From Vicugna vicugna (Eukaryota): a stretch of DNA of 64,000 bases. A program made the position numbers and the translations under genes. The notes under the pieces were generated by a model. It was given only the letters and a program-made list of their open reading frames with translations. It made no database searches and was not told where the DNA came from. Positions within the stretch are counted from its first letter, which is position 1; each line of letters opens with the position of its first letter. The DNA lies in contig MU058714.1 of NCBI GenBank assembly GCA_013265495.1, forward strand, positions 1,178,001-1,242,000. The letters run 5' to 3'. Shown piece by piece: positions 1 through 11,893 of this stretch.

Positions 1-3000
1 TTGGCTGCCGTCCACACCTGGCTACCCGAGCGAGGAGCAGGGGCGGGCAGCCCCGTGCCGCCTTGGGGGGCTCGCCCCGTGGGACTGGGCTGCCTCTTCC
101 GGTTCCTAGAGGCGCCGGCTCGCTTTCCCGTGGCCCTGTGCTCAGTGGCGGGGGTGGCCCGTCCCTGTGTGCGATGTCGCAGAAATGTAGGCGGCCCTTG
201 AGACTGCTGCCAGGTGACTCTCTTGGCAGAGGCGGGTCTGAGGTGGTGCCGCAGGTGCCCGCCTGGTCGTCCCCAGTGCTCTGCGAGGCCGGGAGGTGGT
301 CGGGCCGCACCACGGCCCCTCCCGCGTCAGGCAGGGCTGTCTGCACCTGGCCAGGGAGCCCGAGCGAGTCCCAGCCTTCCCTGCTGGTGGGTGATGACAG
401 TCTGTCTCCACGTGATGTCAGACCCTGGCAGCAGGACCCGCCTGTGACTGCTGAACCCTCCTGACAGAGGCCACTTGGAGGCCTTAATTGAAGCCACACA
501 GTGGGAACCATGTTGATTTCCCATGGCACACGGAAGGGGTGTCCCTTAGCCACCAGGAGCCTTGTCGGGCACAGGCCATCACCGGAGCCTGGGGACGGAG
601 GAGTCCCTGCTCTCCTGGCCTCCCTTGGGCCGTGTCAGTCTTGACACCAGACAGGTTTTGGGGGGCATCTCTGTCCTCAGGCCCAGCTCTGTGCAGACCC
701 TAACCTCGGTGCTGCCCACGAGAGGGGCAGGGGTGGTCTGGGGGAGTCCTTTCTCAGGGCCCTTGGACTCAGATACCTGGTGCGAGGGGCTGGGGGCTCC
801 AGCGTGCCCACCTCGCCCTCCCTGATGATCTGGGGCGCTTTGTGGGGCGGGATCGATCCTTGGTCAGGGGAGATTCGGCAGCGTGCTGCCTGGATCTGCC
901 TGTTTTTGGCGGCCTTGGGAACAGCAGGAAAGGTGGCTCAGCCTGTGTTTGTGCTCCATCGGGGTCCGAGGGCCGCTCTGGGGCGGGAACGTCCACAGGG
1001 AACAGCAGGGTGTGACTGGTGACCCCAGGGTCTCTGGCCTGGTGCCTGGGGATCCTGCTTGGGAGGAGGGAGGGGGTTCCTCAGCCGCAGTTCGCTCTGA
1101 GCTTGGTTCTGGTGGCGAAGTGGGGCTGGTGGGGTCTGTGAGGACCTGGCTGGGGCTGCTCCCGCTGAGAGGGGAGCATGTCACCTGCCCCGGGTCCGCA
1201 GCAGGAGTCTCGCCCAGGCCTTTAACACCCCGTCCAGCCGGGCCCATGAAGCTCTCTCGCTGAGGCCCGAGGCCCCACCATGTCTTCTCTGAGCTGTGCT
1301 GCGTGCTCAGTGTGTCAGGGAGTGAGGGGGAAAGCAGCTCCTTCGTTTACCCTCCTACCAAGAGCGGGCAGCCCTGGAGCCTCCCACACATGCAGGGGCC
1401 TGGGGTGGGCGCAGGTGCCGGCGTGGCGGCCTGTGTGGCAGGTCTGCCTGTCACCAGGGTGCTGGCCCCTGGGTCCCTGGCGTTGGCAGGAGGGCAGGCG
1501 GGTCAGAGGCACTGTGGGTGCTCTGACCGCAAAGGCCTGGTCATGTGGCGGCTCATCCTCTCCAAGTGGATTTGTTCCCGTTTGTGTCCCATGTGATTTA
1601 GAGCAAGTTGTTGCCCGAGAAACTGTCCCCAGGGGAGTTGACATCCACTTGCCCGGTTAATCAGGGCACAAATGGGCAGGTCATTGGGGAGCCAGCACTG
1701 CTGATGGGGAGAGCCCCGTGGCACATGGGGAGGAGGGGAGCAGCAGCACCGCCCCAGCCTGGGGTGCAGCCTCCCCAGGCCGCTCTGACCCCTGGAGGGT
1801 GGCCACCCTAGCGTAAGGGTCAACCACACGCCTTCAAGCTCTGGGCCTGGTCTGCCCGCCCCCGGAGGTCCAGGTGGCTTCCTGTGCCAGGGGTTGCGGT
1901 CCGCCCCGCCTGGTGGCCTTGACCGCTCACATCTTTGCTCCGGGTGGGAACGTGGGGAAAAAAACTCTGTGCTCTGTCCAGACCATCTCCTCGTCCCCTC
2001 GAGAGTGGCATCAGGCAGGAGAGAAGACGGCATCTGAATAGTGGCGAGGCCAGCGGGTAGAGTCTGCTGAGATGAGTCTGGTGGACGAGTCGGGGGGAGG
2101 CTGCTGCAGGAGCCCGGCTCAGCCAGGGCCCGGCCTGTGGGGAGAGGACTGACCCAAGTCCCTGCCAAGCCTGTGTCCGCCTCTACTTGCCGCCCAGGCT
2201 CAGCCCACGCGTTGCACCCCCTGCTGGCTGTCCCTGTAGAGCTGCCCCCACCCTGGGCAGCCAGCCTGGAACCCCGGGTGCCATGTGTGACTATGGATGC
2301 CTGAGGGCATGTGGATCAGCCAAGGACGCGTCCAGGGAGGCTCAGGGCAGGCCTGAGGCTCCGGAATCTGAGTAGACTCCCGGTGTGACCGATGCTGGTC
2401 CAGGACCTGACATGGAGCAGGCGGGGCGGAGGCTTGGGACAGGGAGGGGGCCAGCCCGGATAGTTTGGCCGCGTGTGGTCGGCCTCTCCTCTGCCTCGTT
2501 CCGTGACACCCCATTGCCCAGGCATCCAGCGGTGGACACAACACTGAGGGTGAGAGGCCATCTGGTCCCGCCCTGCTTCAGAGCGGCAGTTGGGAGGGTC
2601 ACTGTCACCATGTCACCATCATCACCATGGCAACAGCTATCGATTCTACTCCTGGTTACCCTTCTGGCCACCTTCCATTTTTGCCTTTTTTGTAGGCAGA
2701 GGAAGTACCTGCTTCTCCCAGGGAGGAGCTGGTGGCTTCCAGGCCCTCAGGGGGACGGTGGGGTTGGTGGCTCATCCTGAAGGGGTCCCTCGGCACTGAT
2801 CCCTGCGCCCCATCCCATGGGCTCTCATGGCACCGTGCCTGCAACCCCTGGGGTGTGTGTCTCCGTGCTCCTGCCTTGCCCAGGCCTGTGCTGCTCAGCT
2901 CGGAGGCGCCTTTCCGCTCCGGAAGGTGCCAGAATAACGGAGCGTCACAGATGCTTGCTTCAGAGGCTCCAGGAGGTGACGGGCGCTCCCAGCCAGGCTA

Positions 3001-6000
3001 GAGCCACTGACCTCTTGGCTCCGAGCCCGCGGCCACCAGCAGGGAGCGGGAGCTCTGGCTCCTCCTGAGATGACAGATCCTCGAGAAACGAGTGTTTTGG
3101 CACCCTTGGTGGCCGCTGGTAATCAAAAGGCGCACCATGACCACTGGGCAGCAACAGTGCCTCCTGCTCATCAGATGCGAGTCTAGCTCCACAGAGATGG
3201 GGCTGGGGGCCTAGTCTCCAAAGGAGGATCAGATGCCTTCTCTGCGCCGCCCCAGCACCACGAGGGGCTTCTGGGCTGTTCCAGCACGCAGCTCTGCCTG
3301 GGAGGAGGTGCGGCTCGCCAGTGTCCTCACGTGGTCCCCCAGCTCCACCCCCCCTCACCTTGGGCTCCTCCAGCGAGGGGGGCGGGGTGGCCCTGGCTGG
3401 ACCTGTCTTGCTCAGGGAGCTGGGGGGCCCTCCCAGACGATGCCTCGTGGCCCCACCCCTCCTTCCTCACGTGACGCCTGCACTGGTCATTCTGGCCGCA
3501 GTGCCAGGGAGCGTTGGCCTCCCTGATGTGACTATGTGGACGTTCTGCTCTCAAGTCCACCTGGGCCACAGCCTTGTGGCCACCCCACCTGGTGTTCCCA
3601 TGAATCTCCGGCCCCCGCCTGACTTGTGAGGACGCCAGCAGCCAGAGAGGGGGCACTCACCTCCCCTGCGGGTCCGGGAGGGCTTCGGCCCTCACAGGTG
3701 CAGGCGACAGCCCTGGGCTGCCCTGCCCTCTGAGCTGGCTTCATTTCTGGCAGCATCGGGGCTGGCCGCCCTCTGAGCAGTTTCACCGCCAGCGGGGGGT
3801 CGACGTCAGCTACTTTGGAGTTGGGGTGGGGGCCTCGTCAGGCGGCCCTTGCTGGGGGAGGGACCCTCCCCAGCCACAATCCAGCTACTCCTGGGGGCTA
3901 GTCTGGACGCCGTCCTGGAAGCCAAGTGCTCCAGGAGCGCCCAGCGGGGTCTGGGAGCCCTGGATCTCCCCAAGTCGGGGCAGCTGGGGAGCTGGTCTCT
4001 CATCAGCACCCCCCACGTTTGTACTGTTGCCAGAGATACCCCCTTTCTCCTCTGCACCCCAACACTGCCTTTATGGGAGCCCCCTGGGCTCTTGCCACAG
4101 GGCCTGGGCAGTGTCATCTTCACAGCCGGGGCCAAAGGCCGGCACAACCCTCACACAGTGGGAAGGACACAGGTGTCAGGGTGGGGTGGTGAGAGACCAG
4201 GCGGGCACTTGGGACCCCTACTCAGCTCTTACTGTCACCAAGGATGAAGAGCGTGGCAGGGCGGGAAGGGCACTGGTGGAGCCCGCCCCTTGAACAGAGG
4301 TGGGTGGTGCCCTCCTGCTGGCCCAGGCCAGGCTCCACGGGGGGACAGACACGCATGTGGGCTATGGGCTTTTCCTGTCTCCTCGCCCAGCCTCTGAACC
4401 GCTTCACCTGCCGTCCTGCTTAAAGGTGGAGGGCGTGCTTGGCAGGACCGCTGATGTCAGGTGGAGCTGTGCCAGGATTCCAATTGTCACTGTCACAGGG
4501 CACATGTTTGCTCGGCCCCTTCTCTGGGGCGAGGGCCGGCCCCAGCCTCTAACCAGGATGCACATGTTCTTCCTGATTCAATCCTGGGATGAGGGACAAA
4601 CATGCACAGGCAACCACGAGACAGTGAGGCAGCCCAGGCCTGGAGCCCTTTCCCTGCCGACACCTGGACTGTTGGGACCTGTCGCCCCACAGGTGGCGCT
4701 CCCTGACGGGCATCCCCAGCCAGTGGACGGCGCCAGGATAGAGGCTGGTCTCTGCCCTGGGGCTGGTCCCGCTGTGTGGCTGAGGTTCCAGAAGTCCTGC
4801 CCTACACGTGTTGGACTCTCCCTTCCCCTCTTTCCCCTTCATTCCTTCCCACTGCCGCCCACTTCCCCATCCCCTCTGCACTTCCCGCCCCTCCCCCAGC
4901 CAGGTCTCAGCCCACCCGCTCCCTCCTCCAGAGGTTGACGCTGCCTCCTGTGACCTCCCTTGCCAGGTCCCCAGCTTCCTCGGTTAATCTGTTTTAGAAA
5001 TTTCACCTGTTGCCCCAGACGCTCTGATCTGGAGGCGATGCTTACCTGTGTGTTGTATGGACCTGGCTGTCCGTGCAGCGCACCCAGTTCTGCGGGCATC
5101 AGCCGGACCCTTACCGGCTTCATTCTGTCTGTCTGTTGCTCACCTTCCCTGGGGGTCAGCTCAGGCCGCTGGCCATTTTCAGCAGAGCTGTCAACAAGCC
5201 AGTTTCCCTCGGGCCTGTGTTGCTTTGGCAAAAATGTGTTCTTTGAAGCCTAAATAGGTGTTAACTCAGATCCTCCAGAAATGCCGTCCTCGCTCCTTTG
5301 GGATTAGTTCACGTGAGGGTCCAGGAGGGGCCCTCGGCTGGAGGTTGGTCCACCCTCTGCCAAAACAAGATGGGGCGCTTCACAGATCTGTCCGTTGCCA
5401 GTCTGTGAGCAGCCGGACCCCGGGGCCCGCATCCCCCCTCCCCACCCCGTCTTGTTCCGCCTTCCCGGGTTCACACTCCTTGTCAGTGTCTTGTCATTTG
5501 CAGATTATAAGGACATGTATTTTTTATACAGAAAAAAAAGCCAAAAAGCAGCTTGAATCTTTAAAAGTGCCGGCGTCGTGAAAGACGCAACAACAGCGAG
5601 GAGTCTCCGGGTTAGGGACTCCGGACGCCCCGGAGGGAGGACGGGACCTGGTGCCGCTGAGCTTGCTCCTCGTGACCTGCGGTTAGGCCTGTTCATGCCC
5701 GCCTTGTTCCGGATGCTCACAGGGCAGCGTTCGGGTGAACAGGGTGCGGAGCTACTGAGAGGGCTGGAGGGCCGCAGGTGCGGTCCCAGTTCCGGGAGAG
5801 GGTTGGGAGCCTGGGAAGGGGCTGGGGGTCCCTGCTCTGTTACTTTCGCGGCTTCCCCGCTGTTTGGAAGGTGGGGCTGGGAGGGAAGAGTTCTGTGTTC
5901 TGAGCACAGATGAGAGCAGGCTCTGGCTGGAGCCCTCTGGGTGTGGCCGCTGAACCGGCTGGGATTCGCGTTAGCTGCTTGTCCGCCTCTCCCCGGAAGA

Positions 6001-9000
6001 GAGGGTACGGGTGCCGGAGGCAGGAGCAGTGGCGAGGGTGCCGGGGAGCCAGCCCCCCGGGCTGTAGGCTGGTCACCCTTGTCCAGGTAACGGCAGTCAC
6101 ATCAGGATACCAGCCTACAATTTCTTGTTTTTTTTCAAAGTCTGGTGTGGGTCACTTTCTCTAGTCTCCTGGAATCTTCTCTCTTTTCACAAAGAGCCCA
6201 GTTGGAATGGTTTTGCGATTCTGAGACGTGGGTCCTGCGTCACCGAGCGTGTACAGTGATAGCGGCTATCTGGCCTCCCCGGCCATCGACTGCGAGTTCT
6301 CAGAGCACCAGGTGGGCAGCTGAGCCTGTTCTGTCGCCTGCTGACAGGACAGGAGAGGCCGGAGCACGGCGGGGAGGCCGCCCTTCTGCCCTGCCTCACC
6401 TGGAGCTCTGAGGAGGACAGCTCTGTGCCGCCCCCCTCGGGGGAGCTGTGGTCCTGCTCACGCTTCTGTGCTGTGTTGGCCCCGCTGGCCGTTCCCTGAG
6501 GCAGGGCCGTCCCCTGACGCGGGGCCCTCCTGCTCCTGGGCCTCCCTTGTCCTCAGCCCTACGCGTCCTGACGCATCACCGCGGCCCCTCTGTGCCGTGG
6601 GGGCTCTGGCTTCTGCCTTTTCCTCCCACCGGTGGGCACCTCCGTCCCCAGGGCTGGCCAGCACACGCCCTGGCCGGGTCCTGGTGCCGAGGCTCCTGCC
6701 TGGGGCTGCGCTCGCTTTTGAGGGTCTGTTGGGAATATTCTCGCATCAATGGTGAAATGAGGTGCGTAAGGAAGAGGCAGAGGGACTGAGCCCTGGTGCT
6801 CGTGACCCCAAGGTTTGGCAGAAACCAGCTCCTGCTGAGGGGCCAGCACCCTCGGCCCCGAGGACTGCCCCCAGCGGCCCCTCTGCTCTGAAGGGGTGAC
6901 TGCTGAGTCACCGAGACTTGCCAGAGAGGCAGGCTCCTTGTGGAATCAGTTCCTGTTAGTATCTGCAGTTTCCTCCTCCCAGGGGACCTGGACTAGCCCG
7001 GAGCGCGGAGCGGCCCCCACAGAGGCGGCGGTGGTGCTGGGGAGGCCCTGGCCCCTTCCCGGCGGCGCGGCGCATGGTCTAGCTCTAGAGGAGTCAGGAG
7101 GGCCTGGCGGTTCTGGAGGTCTGAGGCTCTGGCCACCCACCCCATGGTCACTGCACTGGCTGTGGACCCCCAGTTTACTCAGCTCCCCGGGGGTCTGCTG
7201 GCCAGTGGACTCCTCAGCTCTAAGCGGATGGGAAAACTTCAAAAGTCATATTGTGAAGGCTAATTGTGGACAGACAGATTTTAGGGTCATTATGCAATAA
7301 AGTTGCTCTGCGAGCAGAGCGGATTGTCATAGCAGCACTGTCTGTCACAGCCAGAACTGAAAACACCTGAGTGTCCGCTGACGGACAGGGATGAACAGAC
7401 GTGGTCGGCCGCCCCTCAGGCGGGACGTCAGGCGGCTGTGAGGGAATGCCGTGACCGCTGTGGCGCGGGTGAGCCTCAACACGTGCGCGGTGAGGAGGCT
7501 GGACACAGAGGGCCGTGCTGCCGGGCCCCGTTGACACGAAATGCCCAGGCCGGGGGGCGGAGTCAATAGAGACGGAAGGTAGATGAGTGGTTGCCTGAGT
7601 CTGGAGGGAGGAGTGACCGCTGATGAGGACAGGGTCTTTTTCTGGAGTGACGGGAACATTCTGCAATCGGGTGGTGGTTCGACCTGTGAGTGTCCTTGGG
7701 GGCCTGGGCTCCGACTCCTCCGGTCCGGTCACCCCCGCTCCAGTGTTGCGTCCTCGTTGGGGGGCTGTTTCCCCTGGAAAGCTGGACCAGTCCTTTCTGC
7801 CCCCGTCGCCCAGGGCGAGGCCACCACCCCAGGGGACAAGGGCCCAGCCTGGCTCCTGGGGCTGCTCGGCCTCTCTCCAGGGGCACACGCTCCCTCTGTG
7901 GGGGTCTTCGGCCCCCAGGCCACAGTTGTGCGGAGCAGAGGTGGTGGTGACTGTCCTGCCATTGTCCTGTGTTAGCCACGAGACAAAAGGAGCCTGTGTC
8001 TGGCCGGACTGCTAGAGGGGACAGAGATGACCGGCACATCGCCTGTGTCTGCGTGGAAGTACAGCTCCTGTTCCGATGTTCATTCCTGTGTGTGTACCCT
8101 TGTGTGTGAACACGCACCGGCTGCCCCAGCCCAGCCCCTGCCTTCCCCAGGAGGGGTGGTGCCCCGGGTGCTAAGCTCCACTCTCAATCTAAAGACGTGA
8201 GGCTGTGTTGGAGGTTACTGGGAGTACCAGGAATTTAAAAACTCAGAGCTGAAGGGCGTGCAGCCAGAGGTGAGTCACCGCTGCCCCGGCTGCCTGCCTC
8301 TCTGGGTAAACACAGGAGGGGCGTCGCCTCGTTCTCAGATACCTCTCTGTTTTTGTCCTGGTGGAGCCTCGTGGCACCATGTGAACCCTGTGGCCTCCCC
8401 TGTCCCTGCCGCTCACGCCTTCCCCCTTCCACCCCTTCCCCACTCCCCCTCCCTCCGTGGGGGTGTGGCCCCGGCTGCCCTCCCGTCAGGGCCCTGGGGT
8501 GGCCGCCTACCTGCCCGACCCTCTGTCCACTCCTGGGCCCTGGCAGCCCCGTGGGGCGGTGGCTCTTGAGCTGATAACCCCGCTACCCTGCTATTTGCTT
8601 GGGCCAGCCTGGGTCTGAGCTGCTGATTTAAGCTAAACCTGGTTTTTCAAGTTCAGGGCCCACCTGTGCCGTGGACCTGGACCTGGTTCCTAGACGGGGT
8701 CTGGCAGAGCCTGGCAGCCTCCTCCCCCTGGCGGCTGGGCCTGGGAAGGTGTCTCCTCGCCATGCTGTCCTTCAAGCCCAGAGAAGGTAGGAAGGGTCAC
8801 GGCACCCAGGAACAAGGTGTGGCTCTGGCCGGCCCACGGGCTCCAAAGACCCATGGAAGGGACTCGGAGGAAGAGGACCTGTGAGTGTGTGCTTATAAAA
8901 CTGATGGAAATTCCCCGTGTGGACCAGTTCGTGCAGCCGCTGGCTCGCAGCTCGGGGCCTGGCGCTCACTCCCCAAGTGCACTCCCGGGAGATGGCCGTG

Positions 9001-9447
9001 GCCCGGGGGACACGGGAAACGCTGGGGTCCCAGTGTGTCGGGAGAGCCCGGGGTGCGGGGACCAGAATCCTCTAGAAGCTCCACGTAGTCTTCTTGGCAA
9101 CAAGAATCGTTTTTTAAAGGACTTGCTGTTTTCTGTTGTTTTTCAGACGTTCTTGAGCTAGGCATGTGCGGCCTTTTTATGGAAATGTGTGTGCAGTTTG
9201 ATCAGGACACTAACTCACAGTCCTGGGGCCTAGAGGGTGGCCGACAGAGTGACCTCCACCGCCACTTGCTCTGCGTCTTATTTATGGACTTCACGTCCCT
9301 TGAGAGGGCACTTGGGGCCAGAGAGTGACCTGTGGGTCTGGACTTCCTGTGCCTGCTCTCCTTGACACATGGGATGGCGGTCCCACCGTGCAGTCAGATC
9401 AGGGGCCCTGAGAGGCCGTGGCTGTGCCAGAGGCCTCACCTGCTGGG

Positions 9448-9572
9448 GAGCGGGGGGCCTGCACTGGGCAGGGCAAGGAGCCGGGGCCTGCACTGGGCAG
9501 GGCAGGAAGCGGGGGCCTGCACTGGGCAGGGCAGGGAGAAGAGGGTCTGCACTGGGCAGGACAGGGAGGCGG
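9448..9572. repeat. Minisatellite, ~4 copies of a 29-30 bp unit (ggggcctgcactgggcagggcagggagc)
   Basis: Core ctgcactgggcagg starts at 9459, 9488, 9517 and 9547. Confidence 0.85.
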
Positions 9573-10426
9573 CAGCCTGGCCTGTCCCCGGGCTGCCCGC
9601 TGGTTTGTCCCAGTGGTTCCCTTTCAGCTGAGGGCGGAGACCAGACTCCTCCACGTCCCATGTCCCCTTCTGCTCCTGTCCTTGGCGTCCAGCCGGATGT
9701 GGCCTTTGGCGGCCGCCTGCTCCTTGCTCTCTCACAGCCCGACCTCTCAGGCGGCCTCGTGCGAATCCGCCGATAGAGGCAGCGTCCCTGGCGTGCCCCT
9801 GACACCACGCTGCTCTGGAGCAGCCGAGCCCTCTCGCGCAGAGGTCCCAGGTGCTGGCCAGGCCTCGGGTCCCAGAGCCAGCCAGCGGGTCCTAGAGCCC
9901 CTGCAGAGGCCTGAGCCCCAGGGTTGGGGGACATGTTGGCTCAGTCCCCGAATGCGCGGGCCTGTGGTTGGAGCGCGTCTCTTTGCTCGATCGGAGCCCT
10001 CGGTGGAGGAGGGAAGCCCTGCTCCCCTCGGGGTGGGAGAGGGTCACCGGCTGTCTTCCCCATGGGTGGCATCATGGAGGTTTGTTTGCTCTGCGCCCGT
10101 GAGGGGAGATGCGTGGGCTCGCGGGCTCACACGCCGGGCTGAAACCTGCACAGGTGGGGTCTCCAGGTTCTTAGCTCTGTCGTGAACTTTGGCTTTGATG
10201 CCAGCACCTGAGACCCCAAGCCCCCAGAGATGCTGAGCAGCCGTGCACACTTGAGGGCTGGCACCCTTGTTCTGGAGTTTTCTGCCTCCTCTTGGTGGTG
10301 TCCCCTGGAGAAGCACCCCAGCCCCTGGCCTGCTGCCCACTCCCCAGCCGCGGTGGGGGAGGCGGGACGGTGACTCTGTGTAGCTCACAGTCCTCCCGCT
10401 TCTCTCTCCTGCCTTCTGCCTCCCAG

Positions 10427-10488
10427 GGGACGTTCTCTTCCAGATGGCCGAGGTCCACAGGCAGATTCAGAATCAGCTGGAGGAGATG
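10427..10488 (+). CDS. BAIAP2: BAIAP2/IRSp53 exon 4 (IMD/I-BAR domain): (G)DVLFQMAEVHRQIQNQLEEM
   Basis: cccag|gg gac...gag atg|gtgagt; 62 nt; translation matches the IRSp53 IMD. Confidence 0.97.
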
Positions 10489-11108
10489 GTGAGTCCCAGC
10501 CTCCTCATGTGGGCGCTCGGGGACGGAGGGGCGGTGGCGGTCGGCGGGCGCCCCAGAGGCGGAGGAGGAGCCGGACGTATGCTGTGGCTGTGTGTCCACT
10601 AAAGAAGGATGCACTGTCCTGTGGTCATGCTCAGAAAGGCGGGGACGTACCCAGGCCCTGGACAGGAGTCACATGCTGGGGAGGTGACCCCCATGGCCGA
10701 GGATATGCAGTGGACCCAGGAGGAAAGGGCTTGGGCCAGGTGGGGTCTTATGGTCAGTGACCGCTGGGACACTGCGAGTGGTGGGCCCAGGGAAGCGCAG
10801 GTGCACCCTGGCTGTAGGCCCAGCCAGCACCCAGCCAGCCCAGCTCGTGCCTGAGACACCCCCCCGCACGGGATGGGGGACATCAGGGAGACAGTCTGTT
10901 TTCCACATGGGAAGGCAGGACTTCAGTTCACTGCTCAGCCCTGGGTCTGCTTGGCCCCACGGGCCCGCTGTCAGAGCAGAGTCAGCGAGTCACAGACCAG
11001 GTGGGCCCCTCACGTTGGGGTGCCCGGTGCCGTGGTAGTGGGGACTGCCCAGCTCTCCCTCCCCGGGTGGTACATCAGAGCTGACTGCTCTCTCCTCTCT
11101 GCATCCAG

Positions 11109-11180
11109 CTGAAGTCTTTTCACAACGAGCTGCTCACGCAGCTGGAGCAGAAGGTGGAGCTGGACTCCAGGTACCTGAGT
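11109..11180 (+). CDS. BAIAP2: BAIAP2 exon 5: LKSFHNELLTQLEQKVELDSRYLS
   Basis: tccag|ctg...agt|gtaagt; 72 nt, phase 0. Confidence 0.97.
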
Positions 11181-11755
11181 GTAAGTAGCCCCGCCCACGC
11201 CCTGGGCCGCCTGGCTCTGCGGTGTTGGAGCCCTCCCCCGGTCTGAGGGTCTTCAGCTTCCTGTGAGCTTCCTGCCCCGTGGGGCTCCTGCAGCCCCTCT
11301 GATGTTCGTGCCCATTTGAGACTAAACATGATCCTGGGGGGGCGAGGGGCCCCTCACCTCTGACGCCCCAGGTGCTGGTTTTGCTGCCCGCACCTCTCGG
11401 CTGCCTTTAGTAAAGATGACGCCGTGAGGTGGTCCTGGTGGCCCCTGTGTGAACTCCTCTGCCCGCAGTTTCATTGAGGCGTTCATGCCCCGTCACCTCT
11501 GCCCAGTTATGAGAAGGGGGAGGGGCTGAGCTCTGTTACACGGGTCACGTGAGGTGCTCACACACTGGGGGCTGGGCTGGGGTCTCGGCCAGCCCAGTCT
11601 TTGTCTGCGGGGTGGGCAGGGCTGTGGCCTTCAGGGAGCTCCACACGCACACACACACTCGGGTTTGCAGCCGTCCCGGGTCCGGGCGCTGTGGCCATGT
11701 TGAGGGCGGGAGGGGCTCTCCCGCTCATCGCCCTCCTTGTGCTATTGAACTTCAG

Positions 11756-11893
11756 GCCGCGCTTAAGAAGTACCAGGCGGAGCAAAGGAGCAAAGGGGAC
11801 GCGCTGGACAAGTGCCAGGCTGAGCTGAAGAAGCTCCGCAAGAAGAGCCAGGGGAGCAAAAACCCCCAGAAGTACTCGGACAAGGAGCTGCAG
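11756..11893 (+). CDS. BAIAP2: BAIAP2 exon 6: AALKKYQAEQRSKGDALDKCQAELKKLRKKSQGSKNPQKYSDKELQ
   Basis: ttcag|gcc...cag|gtgggg; 138 nt; includes the basic KKLRKK patch of the IMD. Confidence 0.97.
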
